A stretch of DNA of 64,000 nucleotides, from assembly GCA_963674865.2 (NCBI GenBank), contig CAXXYE010000008.1, positions 448,001 through 512,000 of the forward strand, given 5' to 3'. A model generated the notes under the pieces. That model did no database searches. It was not told the DNA's origin and saw only the letters and a program-made list of their open reading frames with translations. The translations under genes were made by a program, and so were the position numbers. Shown piece by piece: positions 11,996-21,087 of this stretch. Origin of the DNA: Candidatus Hydrogenedentota bacterium (lineage in GTDB: Bacteria > Hydrogenedentota > Hydrogenedentia > Hydrogenedentales > SLHB01). Numbering within the stretch: the stretch's first letter is position 1; each line of letters starts with the position of its first letter.

Positions 11996-12958
11996 TCAGG
12001 AGAGGGGAACGTCCTCGTGGTTGTCCGGCACTGGCTCGGAAAGAGGGTCGTGAAGCGGCTGCTCCGAGACTCGTTCGTTGCCTTCGAGCCGGAGCCACGT
12101 GTCGAAAACCGCACTGCCTTCCCAGAGCCGGATTACGCGGGCGCCCCGTTTGAAGCCTTCCCTGCCGTAGCAACTGAAACCTGAGCCGCGTCCGTAGCAG
12201 AGGCGAATGCCGCGCAGCTCGCCCTCGTAATCGTTGACATGGTCGTGTCCCACGAACACGCCGCGCACATCCCCCGTCGCGCAGAACGCCTCGAAACACC
12301 CCGAGTTTACGGTAGGGCAGCCGACGCCCTCATAATTGTGGCCTCGGCAGGGGTGATGATTCCAGACCTCTTCATACTCCGGCAACGGCACGTGAAAGAA
12401 GGCCAATGCGGGGGGCTGGATGCCTGCATTGGACTTCCGCATAGCCTGGGCCGTTTCCTTGTACCACGCAATCTGATCCTTGCGGATCCAGCCCCACCCC
12501 GAGTCCGGCGGGGGAGTCGGGACGTCCAGGAAGTAGAGGAGCCACGCCACCCGCTCGCCCGAAGATGCGTAGAGCCGCAGTGCGAAGTTGCCCACCCCGT
12601 TCACGTTCTCGGGGCCCGGTTCCGATAGGCACCCCGGCACGGTTTGCTGCAACGCCATGAGGCCTTCCCGGCTCAACGCGCCCTCATCGTCGTGGTTCCC
12701 AAAGGTTGCCGCCCAAGGCAGCTTCCGCTCAACGATGGGCTCTACTGCATTCAGCCATGAGGCGGCAGGGTCGGCGGCCGCATCGCCGAATATCAAGTCT
12801 CCCGTTAGCACCGCGAGATCGGGCTTCTCTGCGTCGAGGATCTCCGCCATGAGGACGCGCGTCTGAAGATCTTCCGGCTCCCCGTTGATCCAATGCGTGT
12901 CGGTAAACTGAACAATCGTGAACGGCCTGTTCTCCTGAAAGTGCAGCGGAGCGGTCAT
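11996..12958 (-). CDS. Calcineurin-like metallophosphoesterase (Dcr2/purple acid phosphatase-like)
   Basis: Motifs FTDTH, LTGD, FGNHD, FFHVP, VGHDHVND. Confidence 0.85.
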   Translation of the reverse strand: MTAPLHFQENRPFTIVQFTDTHWINGEPEDLQTRVLMAEILDAEKPDLAVLTGDLIFGDAAADPAASWLNAVEPIVERKLPWAATFGNHDDEGALSREGLMALQQTVPGCLSEPGPENVNGVGNFALRLYASSGERVAWLLYFLDVPTPPPDSGWGWIRKDQIAWYKETAQAMRKSNAGIQPPALAFFHVPLPEYEEVWNHHPCRGHNYEGVGCPTVNSGCFEAFCATGDVRGVFVGHDHVNDYEGELRGIRLCYGRGSGFSCYGREGFKRGARVIRLWEGSAVFDTWLRLEGNERVSEQPLHDPLSEPVPDNHEDVPLS

Positions 12959-13099
12959 ACGCATTCCTTGCGTCTAGAAGCAGACTGCCTGTTGCAGGGC
13001 TGGGTGAATGACGAGCCTGCTGTCTGGGCCATCACATCAAGAAAATCGGCTCCAACGTCTGCATGCACAGGCCATTGGAGCCGAATGTTCTGCTTTATA

Positions 13100-13175
13100 T
13101 GGTGGAGATGAGGGGGATCGAACCCCTGACCTCTTGTCTGCCAGACAAGCGCTCTCCCAACTGAGCTACATCCCC
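13100..13175 (-). tRNA. tRNA-Ala(GGC)
   Basis: GGGGATGTAGCTCAGTTGGGAGAGCG-CTTGT-CTGGCAG-ACAAG-AGGTCAGGGGTTCGATCCCCCTCATCTCCACCA; G3:U70 alanine identity pair; encoded CCA. Confidence 0.97.
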
Positions 13176-13221
13176 ACGAACCGGGGCGACACTGCCGCAC
13201 CGAGCCTCTTGGGCGAAGGGA

Positions 13222-13250
13222 ATTATACGGAACGTCGGCCTTTCAGTCAA
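13222..13250 (-). promoter_or_regulatory. Sigma70-type promoter of tRNA-Ala
   Basis: TTGACT-17 bp-TATAAT on the minus strand, upstream of the tRNA. Confidence 0.7.
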
Positions 13251-13369
13251 CCAAGCCTCGCCGTTCCGGATCGAGGCGAGGAGTGAGGCAGGCCGGGCTC
13301 CTGCCCGTAGGCCGGCAGTACGATCGCTGCTATCGCGCCGGCCATGCCAAGTAAGGTACACTTCCCGGC

Positions 13370-14491
13370 ATGATTAGAATCACATTGAAGCCTGGGGAGG
13401 AGCGGCGTCTCTTGCGCGGCCACCTCTGGGCGTATCGAAATGAGTTGCAGGATGCACCGGCGCTTGACGACGGAAGCCCCGCGGACCTCTACGCCGCCGA
13501 AGGGCGGTTCGTGGGCCGCGGGTTCTATCAGGCCTCCGGGGGCATCGCTGTCCGCATGCTCACACGGCACCAGGAGTCAGTGGATGGATTGTTCCTGCGC
13601 GAGCGGATTGAGCGCGCCCGGCAATTCCGAGATGAGAGGTGCGGCGGTGAGGCATACCGATGGCTGCACGGCGAGAGCGACGGGTTGCCGGGACTCGTGG
13701 CCGACCGGTATGGCGAGGTGGTGTCGGCCCAATCTATGTGCGCGTTCTATACGCCTCATGCCGAAGCCTTGGCGGAGGCCTTCCTGGCGTGTGATGGTGT
13801 GAAGAGCGTACGGCTGGCTATTGCCGGACAGCGCCGCTGGTTCGGAGTGGAAGCAGCCAGTGTGGATGTGGATCTGGACGGACTCCAGATCTCGGTTGAC
13901 GTTGAGCAGGGCCAGAAGACAGGAATGTATCTCGACCAGCGCCGGAATGCCTTCGACCTTAGGCGATACGCACGCGGCGCGCGTGTCCTGGACGGGCACT
14001 GCTACGAGGGGCTCTGGAGTTGCAGCGCGGCCCTTGCCGGAGCGAAGCACGTGCTGGGTGTCGATACTTCCGCGCAGGCCATCGACCATGCGCGCCGCAA
14101 TGTGGAGCGAAATGGCTTTACCGGTGTCTGCACTTTCGAGCGGGGGGATGTCGCCGGCGTACTTGAGCATGCGGATCCCTACGATATCGTGATACTGGAC
14201 CCGCCTCCCCTCGCGAAGTCCCGCAGCCAGAAGGGCAAGGCGCTTACGCTCTACCGTGCGCTCAATAAGGCGGCCATCAAAGCCGTTGCGCCCGGGGGCT
14301 ACCTGATCTCCTCGTCGTGCTCTCACCTCGTAGCGGGCGCGGACTTCCTGGAGGCCCTGAAGCGGGCCGCTCGCTCGGCTCAACGTCAGGCCTGGATTCT
14401 GTCCGTCCAGGGCGCGCCCCCCGATCACCCGGTGCTTATGGCGATGCCCGAGACGAGCTACCTCACCTGCGTAACTCTTCGCGTTTTCTGA
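13370..14491 (+). CDS. rlmI: Class I SAM-dependent rRNA m5C methyltransferase, RlmI/YccW family
   Basis: PUA-like N-terminus (GHLWAY), HGESDGLPGLVADRYG, GQKTGMYLDQRRN, ILDPP, SSCS, PDHP..ETSYL. Confidence 0.85.
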   Translation: MIRITLKPGEERRLLRGHLWAYRNELQDAPALDDGSPADLYAAEGRFVGRGFYQASGGIAVRMLTRHQESVDGLFLRERIERARQFRDERCGGEAYRWLHGESDGLPGLVADRYGEVVSAQSMCAFYTPHAEALAEAFLACDGVKSVRLAIAGQRRWFGVEAASVDVDLDGLQISVDVEQGQKTGMYLDQRRNAFDLRRYARGARVLDGHCYEGLWSCSAALAGAKHVLGVDTSAQAIDHARRNVERNGFTGVCTFERGDVAGVLEHADPYDIVILDPPPLAKSRSQKGKALTLYRALNKAAIKAVAPGGYLISSSCSHLVAGADFLEALKRAARSAQRQAWILSVQGAPPDHPVLMAMPETSYLTCVTLRVF

Positions 14492-14528
14492 GGAAGGCCG
14501 GGAGAACCGTTGGCTCTGAGTGCTTCGA

Positions 14529-15683
14529 TTACTCGGATTCTTCGGGGGGACTTTCGTCGGAGCTTTTCCGGGGGGGGGCTTCGGAGGCGTCTTCCGGCAC
14601 CTCCTTGGCAGGGGGCTCGGTGACCTCCGCCGCGTTTTCGGCGTCGTCGGCGTCGTCGACGTCGTCCGTATCCTGTGCGCCCAGCCCAAGCTCATCGATT
14701 TGCCGCATCACTTCTTCCGTCATCGAAATCGTGGGGAAGTAGCCCGTGGCTCCGCTCTTCGCCGTCTTGTCTTCACCGGTGCTTTCCCCTTCACCGTACA
14801 GGAAGATGGGGAGGGCCTCGAAGCCGTGCGTTTCTCTCACAATGCGGCACAGATCGGCCCCGTTCAGGCCCTTCTGCGTTTCGTTGACAAGCAGCAAGTC
14901 AGGGCGCACCACCCGCATGCGGAAGAAGCCGTCCATGATGCCCGATGCCACAGCCACGTCGTATCCCCTTTGGCCGAGTTCCTGGCGGAGTACCTGAATC
15001 CGTGAGCCGTTCTCTTCGATAAAAAGCACCCGGGGCTCCGTGCGTTCCTCAAGTCGCAGCCGTTCAAGGGTAGTCGAGATGTAGAATTCGATTTCTTGGA
15101 CTACCTCCGCCGCTGCCTGCTGGAACTCGCAGCCGTGCAAGACACCTTCCCCGATGGCCCTGACGCGGCGGACAACGCAAGGAAGGCCGTCTATGATGGC
15201 CCCGTCGGGGAGCTGGAACGAAAGTTGGAGCGTGGTGTCCTCTTCCCGGGCCGTGGGTAGCAGCACGCCGCACCCGCCCGTGCTCAGGTCGCGAACCTGT
15301 CCCTCGGTGGAGGGATTGTCACCGTCGGAAACCGTGCACTTGAGGCCAATAGCTATGCGCTCATGCTTTCGGAACGTCACTACCTCAACGCTCTCAGGCC
15401 AAGACACTTGGCAGTGCGTGTTTGCCCGTTTGCCGCACTCGAGCACTTCGGCGGGGAAGCCGCACGCTTTGCCCTCGTGAATGAAGCGTACGACGCAGGC
15501 CTGGTGGCGCGTGAGTGACGCGTCATCCTCGTCGGACACATCCAGCAGGACGTATGAGCCAGCCAGCCACCCCCTTATGACCGCCTTGAGGCGGGGACCG
15601 TCCTTGATACGGGGCTGGGTATGAAGGATGGCGGGACAACCGACAACGATATGATCTTCAAGCTTGCGCAATTGACTACCCAT
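14529..15683 (-). CDS. YcgR/PilZN-PilZ domain protein fused to an atypical receiver domain and acidic tail
   Basis: PilZ motifs RKHER (RxxxR) and DLSTGG (DxSxxG); REC-like RVLFIEE...RPDLLLVNE...LPIFLYG. Confidence 0.8.
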   Translation of the reverse strand: MGSQLRKLEDHIVVGCPAILHTQPRIKDGPRLKAVIRGWLAGSYVLLDVSDEDDASLTRHQACVVRFIHEGKACGFPAEVLECGKRANTHCQVSWPESVEVVTFRKHERIAIGLKCTVSDGDNPSTEGQVRDLSTGGCGVLLPTAREEDTTLQLSFQLPDGAIIDGLPCVVRRVRAIGEGVLHGCEFQQAAAEVVQEIEFYISTTLERLRLEERTEPRVLFIEENGSRIQVLRQELGQRGYDVAVASGIMDGFFRMRVVRPDLLLVNETQKGLNGADLCRIVRETHGFEALPIFLYGEGESTGEDKTAKSGATGYFPTISMTEEVMRQIDELGLGAQDTDDVDDADDAENAAEVTEPPAKEVPEDASEAPPRKSSDESPPEESE

Positions 15684-15969
15684 ACTTTCGCAGCCCGTCT
15701 GGGCGAATTCCCCCTACCAGCTCACAAGCCTAGCACGAACAGCAGGTAACTGCAAGAGCTCCCGTGCCCGCCGCAACTATGCCGCGCGGCAAGTCATTGG
15801 AAACAAAGACAGTGTGGAAATGGCTGGTCTCACCCATCCGGCGGGTCGTTTTCGGAAGATGACCACGCCTCCAGATGGCACTGCTGAGTTATCCGGCAAT
15901 TGCCTGAGAACCTGACGCTTCAGGCTCGCGCGTTGGTGACCTCGACCACGGGCGAGCGGCGTGACGAAC

Positions 15970-15999
15970 TTGACTTGAAAAAGCGATATCTTGTATTGT
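15970..15999 (+). promoter_or_regulatory. Possible sigma70 promoter of the tRNA-Phe/Thr pair
   Basis: TTGACT-18 bp-TATTGT, 11 bp before tRNA-Phe. Confidence 0.5.
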
Positions 16000-16010
16000 T
16001 GCGCCGCTGT

Positions 16011-16086
16011 GCCGAGGTAGCTCAGTTGGTAGAGCACCGGACTGAAAATCCGGGTGTCGGCAGTTCAATTCTGCCCCTCGGCACCA
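16011..16086 (+). tRNA. tRNA-Phe(GAA)
   Basis: GCCGAGGTAGCTCAGTTGGTAGAGCA-CCGGA-CTGAAAA-TCCGG-...GTTCAATT...CTCGGCACCA. Confidence 0.97.
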
Positions 16087-16091
16087 TTATT

Positions 16092-16167
16092 GCTGGAGTA
16101 GCTCAGTCGGTAGAGCACATCACTCGTAATGATGGGGTCAGGGGTTCGATTCCCCTCTCCAGCTCCA
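16092..16167 (+). tRNA. tRNA-Thr(CGT)
   Basis: GCTGGAGTAGCTCAGTCGGTAGAGCA-CATCA-CTCGTAA-TGATG-...GGTTCGATTCC...CTCCAGCTCCA. Confidence 0.97.
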
Positions 16168-16309
16168 TTTTGCCATCGTGCATCGCTGCGCGGACGGGTT
16201 GTGGAGTCTCTCCTGCTTTCCCTAGGGGGGCGAAGATCTGGGCGTGCGCCCGTAGGGATATCGCGCGGTGGGTCTTGCTGAAGATAAGGGCACAGCGTCA
16301 CGGAGGACG

Positions 16310-16888
16310 ATGGAAACCAAGCAGTCGTTCAGCACCTCGGAAGTCGCCAAGTACTGCCATGTCACCGCGGACACCATCCGCAAGTGGGCTGAGGCGGGGC
16401 GGATCCGTGTGTTCAAAACTCCCGGCGGACATCGGAGAATTCGGCGAGAGGACCTGCTGCAATTCCTTCGTGACAACGGTATCCCAATCCATGCCGACCT
16501 GGAGAACGCAGGAGTGTCGGTGCTGATCGTGGACGATGAGAAGGCCGTTGTCTCGGTGATTCGCCGCTTTCTCGAACGCTCCAGCACGCCGTTTCGGGTC
16601 GAGGTTGCCATGGACGGCTACGACGCGGGGCATCAGGTGGCCTCCTTCAAGCCCGACATCGTCTTTCTAGATCTCCGCCTTCCGGGCGTCGATGGATTCG
16701 AGGTATGCCGCCGCATCAAATCGGCTCCCGAACACGCCAAGACGCGCGTGATCGCCATGACGGGGTATTACGATGGCGAGGCGGCCAACCGCGTGATCGC
16801 GCTGGGCGCCGCGATGTGCCTTCGTAAACCGCTTACTCCAGACGACTTGCGCAAGGCCATGGCAAAGGTCGGGGTCGAAGTGCATTAG
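16310..16888 (+). CDS. Response regulator with N-terminal excisionase/MerR-like HTH and C-terminal receiver domain
   Basis: FSTSEVAKYCHVTADTIRKW...KTPGGHRRI (HTH_17-like); LIVDDE, FLDLRLP, AMTG, LRKP. RBS GGAGG before the ATG at 16310. Confidence 0.88.
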   Translation: METKQSFSTSEVAKYCHVTADTIRKWAEAGRIRVFKTPGGHRRIRREDLLQFLRDNGIPIHADLENAGVSVLIVDDEKAVVSVIRRFLERSSTPFRVEVAMDGYDAGHQVASFKPDIVFLDLRLPGVDGFEVCRRIKSAPEHAKTRVIAMTGYYDGEAANRVIALGAAMCLRKPLTPDDLRKAMAKVGVEVH

Positions 16889-16903
16889 CTCCCCGCCGTT
16901 ATG

Positions 16904-16929
16904 CGGCCCCGAGGGGGCCGTCCTTCCTT
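16904..16929 (+). terminator. Possible intrinsic terminator
   Basis: Hairpin CGGCCCC-GAG-GGGGCCG followed by pyrimidine-rich TCCTTCCTT; the U-tract is weak. Confidence 0.35.
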
Positions 16930-16980
16930 GTCCGAGAACCTTCTCCTGAGAGGAGGCGTGTCGGTTACATCCGCGTTCGC

Positions 16981-17009
16981 TTGACAGGAGCGGCAGGGTC
17001 TGGTATATT
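16981..17009 (+). promoter_or_regulatory. Sigma70 promoter of dnaG-rpoD
   Basis: TTGACA-17 bp-TATATT with an extended -10 TG. Confidence 0.75.
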
Positions 17010-17141
17010 TTGTCAGATTTGACAGGTCGGCGGGTAGGTTTGTCTTAACGCAGCCGTTCTGCGGCGTAACCCACTGTTGCCAAAGGGTTTATGTGCTCCC
17101 GAGTAAACCGGCCTCGGAGCGTGTCTACCGCAAAGGGTTAG

Positions 17142-18905
17142 ATGGTTCCATTGCCGAAGTATTCCCGAGAGATTGTTGCGGAAGTCCTTGCCGCAAACGA
17201 CATTGTCGAGGTGATTGGGGCCCAACTTGAATTGAAGCCCTCGGGCGCGGGGCGTTTGAAGGCGCTGTGCCCCTTTCATCCGGAGAAGACGCCCTCGTTT
17301 TCCGTCAACCGCGAGAGGCAGATGTTCTATTGTTTCGGCTGCCAGAAGAGCGGTGACGCCATCACGTTCTTGTGCGAATATGAGGGACTTACCTTCGTGC
17401 AGGCATTGCAGAAACTTGCCGAGCACGCAGGCATCCGACTGCCCGCTTTCACCGCCCGAGATGACGCCGAGGAATACCGCCGCAAGCAGCTTCTGGAGCT
17501 GGGCAAGTTTGCGGCCGGCTTCTACCAAGAGACCTTGGACGACCCGCTTCGGGGCGGCGAAGCGCGGCGATACCTGAAGACGCGTACGCTCGAGCCCGAA
17601 ACCGTCACGCGGTTCGGCCTGGGCTATGCCCCCGACGATTGGTCCGCGTTAACCGATGCCGCCCGGCGCAAGGGCTTCAACGATGCCATACTCGAGGCTT
17701 CGGGCTTGGCGAAGCGCGGCAAGAGCGGCGGGCTATACGACTTGCTTCGGCACCGCGTTGTATTTCCGATTCGGGATGTTTCGGGCAACACGGTGGCTTT
17801 CGGCGGCAGGGACTTGGGCTCCGGTGAGGTGAAATACATCAACTCGCCCGAGACGTTGGTATACACGAAGGGCCGGGTGCTCTACGGGCTTGATGAGGCC
17901 CGGAATGCTATGCGCAAACAGAAGCGCGCCATTCTCGTTGAAGGCTACTTCGATTTGCTCCGTTGCTTCGATGCCGGGATCGAGAATGTCGTGGCGTCAT
18001 GCGGTACGGCGCTGACATCCCAGCAAGCTGCGCTGGTACGGCGCTACGTGCCGGAAGTGGTGGTTGTGTTCGACGGAGATCCCGCGGGCGTTCGTGCGGC
18101 CCTGCGGGGGGTGGCCACACTGAAGGCCGCGGGACTGAATGTGAGGGCCGTGGTCTTGCCTGACGGCAAAGACCCGGATGAGTTCGTTAGCGCTGAGGGA
18201 AAAGATGCCTTTCAGGCGCTTGTGGACGCGGCCCCCGACTTCGTGAGTTTTTATGTCAAGAGCAATGAGGAGCGGGCGCGCACCGTGGAAGGCCGCACGG
18301 CCGTTGCCAAGGAGATTTTCACGATCCTCAGGGCCATCGATGACCTCGTTCGGCGAGATGAATACCTGAAGCGGACGGCCCGGGAGCTTGGCCTCCAGGA
18401 ACACATTGTCCGCTCTGAATTCGCCCGGACTGCGAAGGTTGACTCATCCTCGAAGTTGCCAAAGGAGGCGGTTGAGGCCGAGAAGAAGGCGTTTTCCAAG
18501 GACGACGCCGAGTTTATCTCGGTGTTGCTTAACAGCGAGCCGCTTTTCGACCAGGTCCGCGACGCATTGGGAGGCTATACGCTGCGGCCGGGGCCGGTTG
18601 AGCATCTTCTAGGCGTTCTTCTTGATGCCCAGGACACGCACGCTCCCCAGCTGCCTGATGACCCGGACGTTCGACGTCTCTACGCCCTGGCGTCGAACCA
18701 GGCCCCCGTTGAGCCTGAGAAGGCCGAGGCGCTTGCCAACAAGCGCGTGGCGAGCCTTCTGAAAGAAACACTCAAGGCCCAGGCCCAGCGTGTTCAAGGG
18801 GCGATTGAGGATGCCCAGCGCCGTAAGGACTTGAAAGAGGCCACACGGCTCCTCGCGGAGAAGATGAGCATAAGCCAACAAATTGAGCAGATTGGCGCTG
18901 CCTGA
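17142..18905 (+). CDS. dnaG: DNA primase
   Basis: Zinc finger CPFH.EKTPSF...YCFGC, KYINSPET, TOPRIM motifs VEGYFD and FDGD.AG, GKDPD. Confidence 0.97.
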   Translation: MVPLPKYSREIVAEVLAANDIVEVIGAQLELKPSGAGRLKALCPFHPEKTPSFSVNRERQMFYCFGCQKSGDAITFLCEYEGLTFVQALQKLAEHAGIRLPAFTARDDAEEYRRKQLLELGKFAAGFYQETLDDPLRGGEARRYLKTRTLEPETVTRFGLGYAPDDWSALTDAARRKGFNDAILEASGLAKRGKSGGLYDLLRHRVVFPIRDVSGNTVAFGGRDLGSGEVKYINSPETLVYTKGRVLYGLDEARNAMRKQKRAILVEGYFDLLRCFDAGIENVVASCGTALTSQQAALVRRYVPEVVVVFDGDPAGVRAALRGVATLKAAGLNVRAVVLPDGKDPDEFVSAEGKDAFQALVDAAPDFVSFYVKSNEERARTVEGRTAVAKEIFTILRAIDDLVRRDEYLKRTARELGLQEHIVRSEFARTAKVDSSSKLPKEAVEAEKKAFSKDDAEFISVLLNSEPLFDQVRDALGGYTLRPGPVEHLLGVLLDAQDTHAPQLPDDPDVRRLYALASNQAPVEPEKAEALANKRVASLLKETLKAQAQRVQGAIEDAQRRKDLKEATRLLAEKMSISQQIEQIGAA

Positions 18906-18963
18906 GGGCGGCCCGTTCAACTGACATAGACATCACATTGGAACAAGTTAGGCAGAGGCAAAC

Positions 18964-20727
18964 ATGGCAGTAGGCACGAAGAACAAATCAAGACTTGACG
19001 AAGCGGGCAAGCAGAAGGTCTTGGAGCTTGCCAAGGAAAAGGGCAAACTCAGCTATGACGAGCTAAACGATATCTTGCCCGCAGACGCCACTTCGGAAGA
19101 AATCGACGAAGTGATGGTGACTCTCAGCGACATGGATGTCGATGTTGTTGATGAGTTCCGCGTGGACGCCGAAACTCAGCAGATACAGCAGCAGCAGGAG
19201 CATCTGGCCCGAAAGGCGCAAATCCGGAAAGAGGCCGCGCAGACCCGCCTTGAACGCGCCGATGACCCTGTCCGCATGTATCTTCGCGAAATGGGGCGCG
19301 TGCCGCTTCTCACCAAGGATCAGGAGGTGGCCATTGCCAAGCGGATTGAGGCCGCCGAATTCGAACTCCGCGACCTGCTGTTGAACACGCCGTACACGCT
19401 CAAAGAGATCCAGATGCTCGCGGCTCGCATCCTGGCGGGGCGACTCAACTTTGCCCAAGTCACCGATATCGAGGAGCCCAAGGACCAAGGGGCCTTCGTC
19501 AAACGCCTGCCGGAACTCATGGAGAAGCTCGGTGAACTTGAGCGTCTGATCGAGGTCCAGGAGAAGCGCGGGCGCCGCTCCGGCCTTTCGGAGAAGAGTC
19601 GCCACAATATCGTGAGTCGTATTCGGGAGCTGAGGGCGGGGCAGGCCGATGTTATCCGCGAGTTCCAGCTCAAGTCCAAGGAGATCATGAAGATCGCCCG
19701 GAAGATCAAGGGCCTCAAACGCCGCATTGCGGCGGCGCGGGACGAGATTGATCGGGCGGAGCGCGAAGTGGGCTTCTCCGACAAGGATATCCACGCGATG
19801 GCCGTGAAGCTGCGTCGTACGGCGTCGGCCGCGAAGACGCTGGGAGTGGACAGGGACATGATCCTGGACGCCGAACGCCGCCTGCTCGCCGCGCAGCGGA
19901 GGATCGATCAGATCGAGTCTGACGCGCGTCTCGATGCGGATCAAATCACCGTGCTCATCGACGAGATCAAGGAAAAGGAAGAAAAGATCTACAAGGCTAA
20001 GATGGAACTCGTCGAGGCCAATCTCCGGCTCGTTGTCAGTATCGGCAAGAAGTACACAAACCGGGGCATGTCCTTCCTTGACCTCATCCAGGAAGGCAAT
20101 ATCGGCCTGATGAAGGCCGTCGATAAGTTCGAGTACCAGCGCGGGTACAAATTCAGCACGTACGCCACTTGGTGGATCCGCCAAGCGATTACCCGCTCCA
20201 TTGCCGATCAGGCGCGGACGATCCGTATCCCCGTGCACATGATCGAATCCATCAACAAGCTCTTGCGCACCAGCCGGCGCCTCGTCCAGGAGTTGGGCCG
20301 TGAGCCGGCCCCTGAAGAAATAGCCGAAGAGATGCAGATGTCTGCCGATAAGGTTCGGAGCATCCTGAAGATCGCTCAAGAGGCGATCAGTCTCGAGACG
20401 CCCGTCGGCGATGACGGGGACAGCAGCTTCGGCGACTTCATCGAGGATAAGAGCGCGGAATGTCCGGCCAATTCGACGGCTTTCAGCGTGTTTCAGGAGA
20501 AACTCGACGATGTGCTCAGTTCCTTGACCGAACGCGAAGAGAAAGTTCTCCGGCTTCGATTCGGCCTTGGCGATGGATATCCGCGCACGCTCGAGGAGGT
20601 CGGAAGCGTTTTCAACGTGACGAGGGAGCGCGTACGCCAGATAGAGGCCAAAGCGCTTCGCAAGATGCGCCACCCCACGCGTTCGCGCGAACTGAAGTCC
20701 TTTGTCGAATGGAGCCTCAAGCAGTAA
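18964..20727 (+). CDS. rpoD: RNA polymerase primary sigma factor
   Basis: [67 protein letters not shown]; follows dnaG. Confidence 0.97.
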   Translation: MAVGTKNKSRLDEAGKQKVLELAKEKGKLSYDELNDILPADATSEEIDEVMVTLSDMDVDVVDEFRVDAETQQIQQQQEHLARKAQIRKEAAQTRLERADDPVRMYLREMGRVPLLTKDQEVAIAKRIEAAEFELRDLLLNTPYTLKEIQMLAARILAGRLNFAQVTDIEEPKDQGAFVKRLPELMEKLGELERLIEVQEKRGRRSGLSEKSRHNIVSRIRELRAGQADVIREFQLKSKEIMKIARKIKGLKRRIAAARDEIDRAEREVGFSDKDIHAMAVKLRRTASAAKTLGVDRDMILDAERRLLAAQRRIDQIESDARLDADQITVLIDEIKEKEEKIYKAKMELVEANLRLVVSIGKKYTNRGMSFLDLIQEGNIGLMKAVDKFEYQRGYKFSTYATWWIRQAITRSIADQARTIRIPVHMIESINKLLRTSRRLVQELGREPAPEEIAEEMQMSADKVRSILKIAQEAISLETPVGDDGDSSFGDFIEDKSAECPANSTAFSVFQEKLDDVLSSLTEREEKVLRLRFGLGDGYPRTLEEVGSVFNVTRERVRQIEAKALRKMRHPTRSRELKSFVEWSLKQ

Positions 20728-20756
20728 TGCCTGGGGGCTCGCCCCGCCCGCCTCGT

Positions 20757-20831
20757 GGGCCCGTAGCTCAGCGGTAGAGCCGCTGACTCATAATCAGTTG
20801 GTCGCAGGTTCGAATCCTGCCGGGCCCACCA
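20757..20831 (+). tRNA. tRNA with CAT anticodon, most likely tRNA-Ile2 (lysidine)
   Basis: GGGCCCGTAGCTCAGCGGTAGAGCC-GCTGA-CTCATAA-TCAGT-...GGTTCGAATCC...CGGGCCCACCA. G1:C72 is paired and the anticodon stem lacks three consecutive G:C pairs, so it is not the initiator. Confidence 0.92.
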
Positions 20832-21087
20832 TCTTTTCAATGGAAACTGCGCAAAGCCACGTGTAAGCCATTCCGCACGCATGTCACACGTCGGGGAACT
20901 CGGACTCCGCGAAAAAGGCAGGATTCCGGCGTATTCATTGAAGTCCGCCCCATGACTCTGCTCAAATGCCGGGTACACAAGCTCATGAGCGTGGCGGGGC
21001 GCCATGCTCCACGAGTCCTGCGGGCATCAGGCGCAGTCCCTATCAAGCAGGACTCACGCTGCATTCACCAGTGAGGAGGTGCGATTC

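Noticed and set aside
14570..14578. G9 tract as a phase-variation site in the PilZ gene
   Set aside because: It lies in the last few codons of a low-complexity tail, so slippage would barely change the protein.
19063..20673. 536-aa minus-strand ORF
   Set aside because: Antisense shadow of rpoD, typical of high-GC codon bias; no motifs.
20757..20831. Initiator tRNA-fMet
   Set aside because: The 1:72 pair is Watson-Crick and the anticodon stem lacks three consecutive G:C pairs.
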